A stretch of 62,178 nt of DNA, the filler included, from Bipalium vagum (lineage: Eukaryota), in the NCBI GenBank assembly GCA_037834085.1. It is 3 parts of 3 records of this genome, joined end to end, with 100 filler letters (N's around TTAATTAATTAA, not from the genome) between each part and the next. Parts side by side here need not be neighbours in the genome. Positions count along the whole stretch, not along the records: positions 18,757 to 42,551 come from JBBMKC010206376.1; positions 42,652 to 62,178 come from JBBMKC010001077.1; 1 more part is not named here. One strand, 5' to 3'. Within the stretch, counting starts at the first letter, position 1. Each line of letters begins with the position of its first letter. Below the pieces are notes generated by a model that saw only the letters and a program-made list of their open reading frames with translations, ran no database searches and was not told the origin of the DNA. Shown here piece by piece: positions 34,746-46,110 of this stretch. The position numbers and the translations under genes were made by a program.

Positions 34746-37597
34746 GGAGCCAACCAGACACCGATTTCAATTAGAAGATACAAAATCAACCAAATGCGAA
34801 ATTTTCAAATTCTGGACGATCAATTCCTCGTGGATATGCCCCAGATCTCAGGAAAATTTTTGCTGCCCGACGATTGGGCTATGCCCCAGCGTAGCTGGGA
34901 AGAATTTTTTCAAAATTTTGGAAAAATTTTTGGATGCCGAAAAATATGTTGCATGTGGCTTTTGTCCCTTGCTAAGGGAGTTTTGCCACATGTCAAATGT
35001 GGTAATTTACTTGTACATATTACCGTCTTGATGCCTCCTCAGTGGATTCCTCGACCTGCTCCGATATTCACAGCCCCGACTTCAAATTGGCTCTCACCCC
35101 GGCTTCCTCGTAAAGAAGCGTCTGGGGAGTCCTATGATGATGTAAATCATCATGGGCAAGCCGAATCTGCCGGCGGAAAGCAGATACGAGGTGGGAATTT
35201 CGTTTTTTTCAGTTGGATGGGGTTAATTAATGCTTCGAAATTTACAAAATTTTTATCACCCCCTTGCTCCATCAGTACCCTAGCCCATCTGTCACCATAT
35301 ACTGATCAATCTTCAGCCCCTTTTTACTTCTTGGCGGCAAAATTCTCTTACAACAGTCAATTTTTTATTATCACGTTGTTATACAAAACTTTTAAATATT
35401 GCGAATTGGTCCCTTATTTGGTCATCAATAGATGCCAAATTTCATTGCGAATTTATCTAGACCTTCGCTGTCTCTATACCAGTCTTTACTCCGGCGAAAT
35501 TTACATCCAAACTATGGTCTTTTTAACATCATTTGACGCTTTTGAATTTCCGCGTCCAAATATAAACTTATTTATTTACTTAAATAATTATAAATATTTA
35601 TATAGTAAATCTTTAATTCCTAATATCTTTATGAATCCTACGACTGGAACCATCAAACTTACGCAGTTAAGAAATTTGATTGCGCTCTTTCATATGATCC
35701 ATCGACCATCAATCTTAGTTCAGTCGTTTTTTAGTTATCAACGATCCAAATATCCATTAATTAACTATAATTATTATTACGTATCTCTAAGTAAAAACAG
35801 ACTATTTTCGCCGACGATTTCCTTGGCTTCCACTTGCTCTATGTTATTGAAATTTGGTAGGCATCTTAAAATCCGTTCATATTTTTATATGAAGCAAAAT
35901 CTTGGCTTAATCTTGCCCCAATCCAAAGTTATGAGGGCTCAAAGTTAGCCCCGTTTTCCACTAATTATCTAAGCTATCTTTTTATTGATAACTTTCCAAA
36001 TTTTGTAATTCCAACTTTTATTAACAAAAATTTCAACTTTTTTTATAATTTAAATCACCTAAATTCGAACTCCCTTCCTGTTGGGACTAATTATCTGCGT
36101 GGGGGGGATAAACTGGATATTGGCACTGATCCCCAATTTTCCAATGCCCTTTTTTATGTTATTTGTTCTTATCTCTATATTATTATTAATATTTTATCCC
36201 CGATTTACACTAAAATCTTCATGACGAGTATCTATAGAGCGATGCTCGAGACATCCTTAGCCACCAGGGCTAAATGTCAAATAGTAGCCGATGGGGCAAA
36301 TAAAGATTTTAAGTGACCCCATCGTATTCAGAAGTACTAACCAAAACAGTTAGGGGGTCTGATGGGCGGCTCTATGAATTAGTTCCCATCGAACCAGTAG
36401 GGGCCACCAACCAACAATCACGGCCAACTCCGACCCCTACTGGCAAAAATAAAGGCGCCAATAAGAACTCAGGCCCAAAAATCCCATCTAAAAAATCCAA
36501 CAGTCACTCAAACTCGGCCACTTTTAAAGACTTAATAGGTATGATCGAGGATCTTAGAAATGAGATTAGGAAAGACAAAGAAGAAGGCGCTAGGCAGAGC
36601 GAGACTGTAGGGATAAGAGAAAAAGTTAAGTCACCGGAGAATAAGTATAAGGGCCCCAGCCTTACCATCGAGGCCACCAACGGGGATAGGAAAGTGACGG
36701 TCACGGGTGAAGAGGGCTGGACCGTCGTAAGAGGAAAGCAGAAAAACTGGCAGAAGAAGCCGCCAGTTAACCAACATCAAAGCCATAGCAAATGGCAAAA
36801 TCAAAAGAAGAACGATCTTCCAAGGCCACCAAATAAAAACCAGAAGTCAAACAAAGGCCAACAACGAAATTCTCCAAACCAGAAGAACAAACCACCTGAA
36901 AAAGTCTTGAGTGAAAAACTGCCAAACACCGAACAGCAAAGTCCACCAATCAATGTGAATATATCAACGGAAAGCACTATAAAGGAGCCAAGACATAAGC
37001 CGAACAACTCCAAAACGGCTCCAAATTACAATTTCCCAAAGTACAATGGGGAAAACTGTCCAAGGCCAGATCTGATTGGACAGAAAAGATGGATCTTCGC
37101 TGGCTGGCGCCCAATACATGGGCAAAACTCCAATATGTTTAGGGCGACATATCGGGAAATAAAAGTGAACCGACGAAATATGCCCCTCCTGGTGGACTAC
37201 CGGTACAATCCGGATATGGAAAAACGTAAGATAATCGGCTTTGGATTTGCCCCACCTGCAAAGCCCGTTGTAAACAAAAATCAAATGGAACCTGAACAAT
37301 CAACTATCATCGAACAATCAACTATCATCGAACAATCAATGCCAACACAACCAGAAAACACAATCATTGAACCACCACAAGAAACAACCTCAGAGCCGCT
37401 ATTGATGGAGGTCGACCTTGATGCTGAACCGAACTACACTATCGAGGATGAATATTTCCCACCTCCACCAGCCGAGGAGGATGATGTCATAATCCTCGAC
37501 GAACAAATGCCAGAAGATAACGAACATAATGACATCATCCCTCCTCCACCAATGTTCAGATCCACAGTTGAAACGCAAACTATGATTGAAACGCGGG
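34742..37597 (+). mobile_element. Subfamily B copy 2: leader and ORF1 N-terminal part, 3'-truncated
   Basis: Leader matches 27280-27545. ORF from ATG 36221 (frameshift near 36312) matches 25018 and 29971-31000; ends at gaaacgcggg. Confidence 0.85.
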
Positions 37598-40500
37598 CCC
37601 AGTCCCAGGTTCCAGTGGCACAGTCCGGGTCGTATTCCCAGCGACCAAATAGCTTTGGCTGCCCTATGGTCCTCACCTGGGGCTACAGGTGACAATTCGT
37701 CAAACTTTTGGATATTTTTCTCAATATTGAACACTCACTTTGACAATTTTGATATTATTTATACCATTTATGTTTTTATCTGTATGTATGATGCTTTACT
37801 GTCCCTTAAAACCGGCCCTTCTGGCCAAATTTTTAATTTTTATCAATATTTTACATTATATGAGGCTCCCCACCCTTTTGTTAATTATCTTTTTAATCTA
37901 TCTATCTCCAGCGCCTATTTTTTGGCTGCTGCCTCCTTTGCTACCGTACAACATCCCTCTAAAACATCAATCCTTATCCCCCTCTCCTTTTCCTACTCTC
38001 ACATCCAACTTTTTAATCAATTTGAAAATTCACCATCAATGGGGAGCCCCAATATTATACTATCTGTATTTAATGTATTTGTTTATCTTATTTATTCGAA
38101 AATTAAAAAGTCCAAGATCCCGGACCAAAATTACAAAATTAATAAATATTATAAAATTATGAGTTTATTAAAAAAAAATTTAATCAAATCCATGGCCGGG
38201 ATCAAAAGTTATGGGCCTTTTAATTTTCAATATTATAATTGCATATTTCTAAATAACTCTAAGTTTCTACTTAGAGTTATTTACTATATTTCAAATGTTA
38301 ATTTTATTGATAATTTTAATTATATCCTTACCAAATTAAATTTGACTTGTCCTCTGGCCACCTCTATTGTTGTCTCCTCTCCGTCCGTGACTTCCGGTTG
38401 CCTTCCGGTATCCGCTTTTAACCATAAATCTGACCCTGAACTTGGCTCTTTCCTGCTGACCTTTTCCGCTGTTTTAGGCACCCTCTTTCGGCTATGTGCT
38501 CACCTTCTCTGTCAACAGTTGCTTTTTGCTGCCTCGGTGAGCGCGGTTAAGGTTCAAATTCTTCGTCTGGCGGCGCCCAGGCATATTCCGGTCTTCTACA
38601 ACCTAAGCTTCTGGAGGACATTCCAGAACACTGAATATGTCCCTCCAGCGGCTGATGCTCCGCCGTCTCATTCACCTGACTCCCCCCCGGCGATCCGACG
38701 TAACCGCCGACGTAACCGGCGTTGGGGTAAAGGAGGAAAGGGGAAATCTAACCCACGCCCTTCTCCTAATGCATCTCCTCCTGAATTCGAAAATCTAATC
38801 ATTTCCTGCCCTTCTGGCTCGTCCTCTGGCCGCACTGTCTCCATCCGAAGTGGCCCAAATAGACCTCCGGCTCAACCTTCTAGCGAATTCATTCCTACTT
38901 GGTTCCCTTCACCTTTGCCTTCATCTCCTGGGCCTATTTTTCATTCTCCGGCTCCGTCTCATCCTCCTCCTCCTCCTAAAAAACATGTGACATTCAAGGA
39001 TGTCATCTTAAAGGACCCTAGTAAGATCAGTACTTCCATCAAACCGCGGCCCTCAACATCTCCAAGGAATCCGCCTGCAAAGGGTCCAAATCCTTCTGGT
39101 CAAAATCCTTTTTCCTCTGGCAAACAAAATCTCTCAACTGGGCAGGAGAAGGCCCTCCCAGCTGAGGATTTTCTGGCGAAATTTGCCCTTGGCCCTCCGA
39201 AGAGATGGGTAAAACGTCCCCATCCAAATGATATCGCCTTGACTGCGAACCCTGGCCGCATTGTGTGCAAAGGCTTCACATGCCTTTGCGGAAGGGATCC
39301 ATCCCTTCAATGGCCTTCGTCAAAGCCAAATATGGAAGCGGCCACGAAATTTTGTAAGGAGATTCTCCTAGATATCGGATGAAATCTGCCTTCGAATCCC
39401 ATTGCTCCTCCGACATCCACTGTTCCCCCGGCTCCTTGTGTCGCTCCGAATGCCTCGGACGCTTTGACCAATACATCTGTCCCTTTGCCTCCGTCTCCTC
39501 CTGTTAACCAATTGCCTCCCAATGACTTGTTGCCTCCCAATGACTTGTTGCCTCCGGAATCTCCCAGGGTGGACCTAGATGAAGAATCCGATGTTGACGA
39601 CATTTCCAATCTCAGCATGGACTCTGACCCTCCTTCTCCTGTGGCTGAAGACCCTTGCCACGGCATCTTAGAGTCGGCATGTTTATTCATTGATGCTGAA
39701 TGCCAATCGGACATCCTCTTTGTCGATCAGGCAGTTCAGACAGGGCCATGGACCCCTGTTGAAATTTCCACACAGGCTGACCTGCCAGTCCAGACCTCCT
39801 GGGCTTTGGAGTTACTCGCGCAATTGACGATTATCACATTTGCAGTGTGGTCCAGGGACTGCGTTATCTAACAAGCGTTATCACCTTTCGGACCTTTTGT
39901 ATTAATCACCTGCAACATGTGGTCAAAATGCGACAATCCGTGACAGCCCGAACGGATCTTGCTGTGGCCCTCTCTTGGCTCTCTAGTCAGAGAACTTTTC
40001 CGCTTTTTGGGCAAGCCACATGGTGGAGCAAGATCCGTACGGCCTGTAAAACCTTGCGTTCACAAAGTGTCAACTGCTCATTCATGGTTGCTGGAGATGC
40101 TGTGGCCCTCACCGTCATTGTCTCGACCCCCCAGGAGACCTTCCAATATGTCTTTGATGGCGATAACATCCATAAAGCCACGACCACCCTCCATGAATCG
40201 ATTAGTTTTCTGCACTTCCTGGAATGGAAGTCGCACAAGTCCCAGGGACTTGTAGTTCCTTGTTTTAGTCTGAGCCCTCTTTCAAACTATATACTCCATA
40301 AATTTCATCTCCCTCCGGTCATCTGGCGTTTTCTGCTCAAAGCCCGCAGCAACAACTTGGGGCTTAACTTCTGGCCATTTAATATGGTCAAGGGCAGACC
40401 GCTCAACTGTCGTCGTTGTAATGTCCATCCGGAAACCCAGGCCCACATTCTCAATCATTGTAAGAGTCGCCCCTTTGTGCCTACGGCCAAGCACAATTCG

Positions 40501-41310
40501 GTTCTTAACACTGCGACTGAATTCCTCCGGGCCCTGGGTTTTGACGCTGATGCGGATACGCAGATTCCGGATCTCAACTCTCCTCTGCGTCCTGATCTGG
40601 TCATACGGCACAAATCGAAAAACCAAATCCATATTTTGGATATTAAAGTGCCGTATGACTCTTTGACCAATTTTTCCCAGTCTCGTGAAGCCAACCGCAC
40701 CAAATATACATCGCTTGCGGACCAACTCGCAATCTCCTCCCGAGCGACTGTATATCTGGATGTGATCAATGTCGGGTCCCTTGGCTCATGGGACGTTGCA
40801 AACGACAAGCCCTTGAAACAGCTTGGGCTCAATAAGGACCAACGTGGTGCCCTAGCCCACGCCTGGCTCATGGCAGCGGTCCGGGAGTCGTTTCACATCT
40901 ACCTCACCCATGTTACGGGTCTGCCTGGCCAGGGGCAACCAAATCTATAATTTACCCTATTATCATTATCATTACTATCTATTTTATCTATGTAACTATA
41001 ACAATTTAAGACTTTTTATCTTATTCTTATCTATATTCTCCCTTTCCTTACCTCTGTCTATATTCTCCTCCACTCCAATATGTACATTTCTAATTCCTTT
41101 GTGTTGTATCTCGCTTGTGTATATGTCCTGTGCTGGTCATTTTACTTATTTTCCTATGTGTTTATATATCCCAATTCAGCTCCCGTTTCAGCCTCAGCCC
41201 AGACCAGTCCATCCTCCGATGTCCAGACCACAAGTGGATTTTTGCTCCAGTAGTTTGTCTATAGTTTTGTATAGTTGACTTGTCTTAGTACCGTTTTTAC
41301 CCGACCTTTT
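37595..41310 (+). mobile_element. Subfamily A copy 3: leader, ORF1 start, large internal deletion at ~39795, endonuclease C-terminus, 3' UTR
   Basis: 37595-39790 is collinear with 27640-29856; 39800-40950 is collinear with 21570-22730 (CRRC...HILNHC, RPDLV, DIKVPYD); 3' UTR block 41173-41240 matches 22965-23032. Confidence 0.9.
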
Positions 41311-41659
41311 TATCCAATATTCGTAGTCTAAAAACCCTAAATTTTAGTCCTAATGTAAATAACAGTTTGTATAGAAGTGTTTTTATAGTAGTATTTTTAT
41401 TGACCTTTTTATTGTTTCTCTTTCCTGTCCCCACTGGCAGATGTCGACTGCAGTGGGGACAGAAGCAATTTAATCTCTCTAGTAAGCCAGTGTGCCTTGT
41501 CCCGCCCCTTAAATTGCAAATATTTGTCTTTTCAGGTGTCGCGGACGGAGCACAATGGCAAGGTTCTAGAGACTGAGATGTACAGTTAATAATTACAATT
41601 TTATTTAGTCTATGTAACTGGTTTACCAGTTTGTAATGTGTTAATACTAAATAAACATT

Positions 41660-42551
41660 TGTATATAAACCGCTCTTCTCTGTGGAACCACCGATGACAG
41701 ACGAATTGAAATGAATCCAAATCTTCGACTTCGGACTACTCCAATGTGTGAATGGCAACAGTCCTCCTTAGGACTAAATATGATTGTTATGCTAAAAACG
41801 GGTATTGTGGGTTTGCCCCTGATGACTTGGGGTTTACACAATACAGAATCTGGTACAGTTTTGGATTGTCTATCAGCTGAAACTGTTTCCAGATTTTTCC
41901 GGAAACGGACCAGACCAGTAGACGCCCCGCGAGATGACGTCATCGCGCCAAAACGGAGGACCCCGACTTCGACTCCGACGACGATGGGCCAGGTACCAAC
42001 GGGTGCCCCTCTCCGAGTGCTTCCAGATGACTGGCTGACGGCTCCGGTGCGACGAGACCCGACGTCCCTACAGGACTTCAAGCTATTTCGGGATTTCAGC
42101 CGCATTTCCATATGCGGAAATTCGGTACCTTCCAGTGGCCACACATCCTCAACCAAAGCTCCGATGGCCAAAAGCGTCACAGCATTTTATAGATCTCGGC
42201 GAGATCTATCGAATGGTATGCTGGGCGATGGCCTCCGACGACCTGCCGAGGAGGAAATAGTTTGTTTTACTTCGGCCCGAAAAGGCTAAACAATTTGCGT
42301 TGTTTCGCCTTTCTCGAAAGAAGTACAGAGTAATTTTTTTGTTTCGCCTTTTTTGGTGGACAATAAAAATGAAATGTATTTTCTTTCCGACCTGCGATCC
42401 GACGGCCGGATGGGTGAGTCTGGATGGACCCCCGCCCCCGCAAGGCTTGGGAGACTGCTGGCTCATTGCTCGTTGGACGGTAAGTGCTTGGCCGATGGGT
42501 CAAAATACTGCTGTCCGTCAGGGTCAGTCTATATGCCCAAGAATTGCCCGT
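41660..42551 (+). mobile_element. Probable leader of a further array member (C-like), cut by gap
   Basis: cgcatttccatatgcg and gtcacagcattttatagatctcggcgagatct are shared with 23169-23265; GC-rich and non-coding. Confidence 0.55.
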
Positions 42552-42651
42552 NNNNNNNNNNNNNNNNNNNNNNNNNNNNNNNNNNNNNNNNNNNNTTAAT
42601 TAATTAANNNNNNNNNNNNNNNNNNNNNNNNNNNNNNNNNNNNNNNNNNNN
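42552..42651. other. Assembly gap (N44-TTAATTAATTAA-N44)
   Basis: Same linker as at 18657. Confidence 0.95.
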
Positions 42652-42812
42652 CAATTAATTACATAATTTATAGTTAATTTATATTTTATAATTATAAATC
42701 TTGGGAAAGAATTCTTTTCACATCAAAATAAAATAAAAATTAAAATAACAAATTTTTATTAGCACAAATAAAATTGTTTATTAAAAGATCGGATAAAATC
42801 ATTATTAGATTA

Positions 42813-44723
42813 TCAAATAAGGATCACATAGTCATTTGTTTTTGGTTTGTTTTGGGAGTCTCCACATTTCTCCCTCTGGAACATGACTTTTGTCCGCAAA
42901 AGTAGGCATTTGGAATAAGACATGATAGTTTGCATATCGATCGGATAAGTGATGGGAAGAGCTGTAAAGGCAGCATTGATAGATGCCGTCTGCGTTGAAT
43001 GGTTTTTAGTACTCTTTTGCCTCTTAACAGTTTGAGACGATTGGGAGGACATTGTGCGATCATCCGTTTGTAAGGAGATTGACGAAGATTGTGGGGTTTC
43101 TGTCTGAGTAGAAATTGGAAAAAGAAAATCATTGGCCTTTTGAAGAACCTCTTGGATAGGAGGTCTTTTCCGCTTGGACTTCTGAGTCTCCTTGTTTGCG
43201 GTTAAAGGAGGGGCTGCGGGTAATGAAATCGTGTCCAAAATGATGCTTGTGCTAGTCGAAGGACCATTATCGATGACCCGTTGTACTACAGAGTACTGTA
43301 TCATGTTTTTATCAATTTTGGGGATACAGTCTTCATAGTCCGATTCATCGAATGCTGGTACATCAGGTTGCGTGAGGTACGGTTGATTGTCTATTACCAT
43401 TGGAGATGGAGATTTATCTCGATTAGTTGAAAGGTGAGGGTAATTTCCGTAACAATGGCCTGTTCTCAGTCTGCAAATTCGTTAAGATTTTGCGACCGCG
43501 ACCGCTACTGAATGTGCATTCATAAGAAAATGGGGGAGGCGGGGGATGCGGGTGTAAAATGACCTCATTTGCATTATGTATGGGCGGGTCATCACTGAAG
43601 AAAGTCAAATCGGCTCTTACTGACAGTTCAATTTTGAACCAAACTTCGCGTTCATGTGTGTTTGCTTGGCACACTGCACTCTTCTCCATTCGGGACCGCG
43701 TTTGGTTGTGGTTGCCATCTCTGGAATATTAAGTTTATTAGCCAATGGTAATAATCTTAAAGTGACATTGGGTTTTAAATGGCACATATGCTATATTTGG
43801 GGAATATACTGCAAGTCGATGTATTCTGCAATATGTGTCGTTGGAACTTCACATAATGTTAGCATATACTTGACTTAGTTTCGCACTATTATTTTGCCTT
43901 TGATGGCATCAAGAAAAAATTCACAGGCTTTTGGCTCATCCATGCCATTTTGGAAAGCGCCATCAGTGATGCCTGTCTGTTCAAAATTTGACTTAAATCT
44001 TCGTCTGGGTGAGACTTGTTTGGAAAAGGTCAGTGCCATCATATCCTAAAACATGAATGGCAATTAACACATGTTCATGAATCTGGGTTTCAGGTTTAAA
44101 GGTGGTTACATCTGCAAAAACTGCATTGCGATGTAAGTGATAGGGGTATCCCAATTTTTTGGGTTTGGGTAGGAAGTATGGATTTCTGGCCAATAAGGAA
44201 TTTTATTAATCGTCATCCTCATTGATCAATCTGGTGAAAGGTTCATACTCTGGACCTTTAATGTCTTCGTTGACAAGTATAGTGTTAGGTTTCATTGTCT
44301 CAAAACACATAGTACGGGCTCTGCCGACCAAGTTTTCGCATTTAACAGAGAAATATCGTTCAATCGTCAAGGGAGCTGGAATTCCTCCAACACGTAGTAC
44401 AACAGAGTTATTGCACACGTGTACATGAATGGTTTCTTTGGATACATATTATCTTTATAATAGGGGATGACCTCATGGAGGTAGAAATATTTAGGGTTAA
44501 CTACTCTGTGTATATAAAAGGTTCTGATGCCTGTGGAGAAAAATTTGCAGGCATTAGGTATCTCCTTTGTGTCAAAAGGGACATCATGGACAGGAATTAG
44601 TTCTTCTTGGGTATGGTATCTCTCTGTGATTTCACAATTGCTTTTTCCATTATTTGACATTTCAATTATATTACTCTTTGATGAAATATCCAATCAACAC
44701 GTTTTCTAGAAACCGGTGCCATT
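42813..44723 (-). pseudogene. Frameshifted ~600-codon gene with a DEDDh (REX/ISG20-like) exonuclease-fold region and a disordered TQT-rich tail
   Basis: Joined frames: AVFADVTTF...LIAIHVLGYDGTDLFQTSL.PRRRFKSNFEQTGITDGAFQNG...DAIKGKIIV...YIDLQ...TLRLLPLANKLNI. The canonical acidic residues are only partly retained. Confidence 0.5.
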
Positions 44724-44859
44724 TTTATCGATATTTAATAATTCTGTAATTTAAAAATGATAAGTAAACTTTAAAAGAAAAATTAAAACAAATTTTTTTA
44801 ATGATATTAAAAGAATTAATTATTTAATTTGTAATACTATAGTAATGATAATAAGCAAA

Positions 44860-44995
44860 GTGTGACAATATGAGAACTGATATTAAACGATGTCAAATGC
44901 AGCACAGTCAAACCTAAAAAATGGTACTAAAATATAAAATGACATAATGTGAAGTGTTTTATTAAACGACGTGATATTAAACGGGTTTGACTGTA
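44860..44995 (-). mobile_element. pogo/Tigger-type terminal inverted repeat and subterminal repeats
   Basis: ...attaaacgacgtgatattaaacgggtttgactg|TA has the same architecture as the Tigger end at 5600-5759; it interrupts the integrase relic. Confidence 0.65.
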
Positions 44996-45255
44996 TTTAC
45001 TTATGGGCTTTTGGAAAATCAGATCGATAGGCATATTTGAATTACGAAGGTACATCAAATAAAAAGGAGTGAATTCAGTACCTAAGTGCACAGCTTTGCG
45101 GTACGCAAAAAGACATGAGGGAATATGAACATCCCAATCATTTTGTTTGGAATTCACATACGATGACAACATGCTAGGGTATGGTTAAACCTTTCTACTA
45201 AACCATCAGTTTGTGGGTGATATGGTGATGTGTTTAGTTTTAAAATACCAAAATT
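44996..45255 (-). mobile_element. Gypsy/Ginger-type integrase core fragment
   Basis: TSPYHPQTDGLVERFNHT...MLSSYVNSKQNDWDVHIPSCLFAYRKAVH..T.FTPFYLMY. Confidence 0.85.
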
Positions 45256-45294
45256 TGAATTAATAAAAAAAATATTTGATTTGAAGATATCTAA

Positions 45295-45720
45295 ATACGG
45301 GGAACAACTGGGTCCCCAACTTATTAATGATTTGTTACCCTAAAATAATATTGATTAGTATAACTTTACAACAATTTTTTTTATTTATAATTATAAAAAG
45401 GTGTGAATGTATTACACCCACACTTATAACCAATTAAAAAAATAATTGTTAGTGTATCTGATCACAATCTTTTTTTTATTTACAAATAATAAAAGGTTGG
45501 GGAATAATTTGTTCTCCAATTATAACCAATTTAAAAAAAATTGTTAATGTATGTATACAATAAATATATATTTTTATTTATAATTATAAAAAAGGTGGGT
45601 TGCTAAAAATAACCTACCTAACAACTTGCCAAATTAAAAAAATAATTGTGGTATACGTGTAGTGGCCTCGTTTTTTATTTTTCATTACTAAAACTGGGGT
45701 TATTTAACATAGTTTCATAA
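45295..45720. repeat. Array of ~100-bp units: conserved AT-rich flanks around variable palindromic cores
   Basis: tttttatttataattataaaaagg-[hairpin]-ttataaccaattaaaaaaataattg recurs at ~45376, ~45471 and ~45571, with degenerate units at ~45298 and ~45671. Confidence 0.75.
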
Positions 45721-45745
45721 AAAAAATCAAATTTTATTTAAAAAA

Positions 45746-46110
45746 ATGGCGAATAGAAATTTCATTACTGAAAATTGTCAAGCTGTAAATTTTAAAACAT
45801 GTTTACAATGTTTTCAAATAAAACCTATTTCTGAATTTTATTTAAAAATGAATAAATGTAAAAATTTTCATAAATTTAATGTAAGACAACATAAAAAGAT
45901 TCCAGAAAATAGAATAAAATATAATGTATATCATAGAAATAGAAAACAATAAAATCCAATGTTTAAACGTCAACAAAATTTATATACCTGTTTAAATGTT
46001 TAAAAGAACAGAGAGAATCTGAACAAATAAAAATGTTAATCGGATGTAGTTTTGATTTTTTATATAAGTGGATTGAGTTTCAATTTTATGAATGGAATTG
46101 GAAAAATTTC
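45746..46110 (+). pseudogene. Virus/Polinton-associated putative endonuclease relic
   Basis: KTCLQCFQIKPISEFY...CK, then LIGCSFDFLYKWIEFQF...NWKN after frameshifts. Confidence 0.5.

Noticed and set aside
34815-34910. HDV-like or hammerhead ribozyme in the leader (ttcctcg loop, twin hairpins)
   Set aside because: I could not build P1/P1.1/P2 or find a CUGANGA...GAAA core; kept only as an unassigned structured block.
36158-36175. tatttgttcttatc resembling U2 nt ~37-50
   Set aside because: Short, AT-rich, not at an element 3' end and not followed by further U2 sequence; probably chance.
39380-39382. TGA in ORF1 of copy A3 as a second readthrough site
   Set aside because: Copy A2 has TGG at the same codon (29431) and the context is UGA-AAU; this is ordinary decay.
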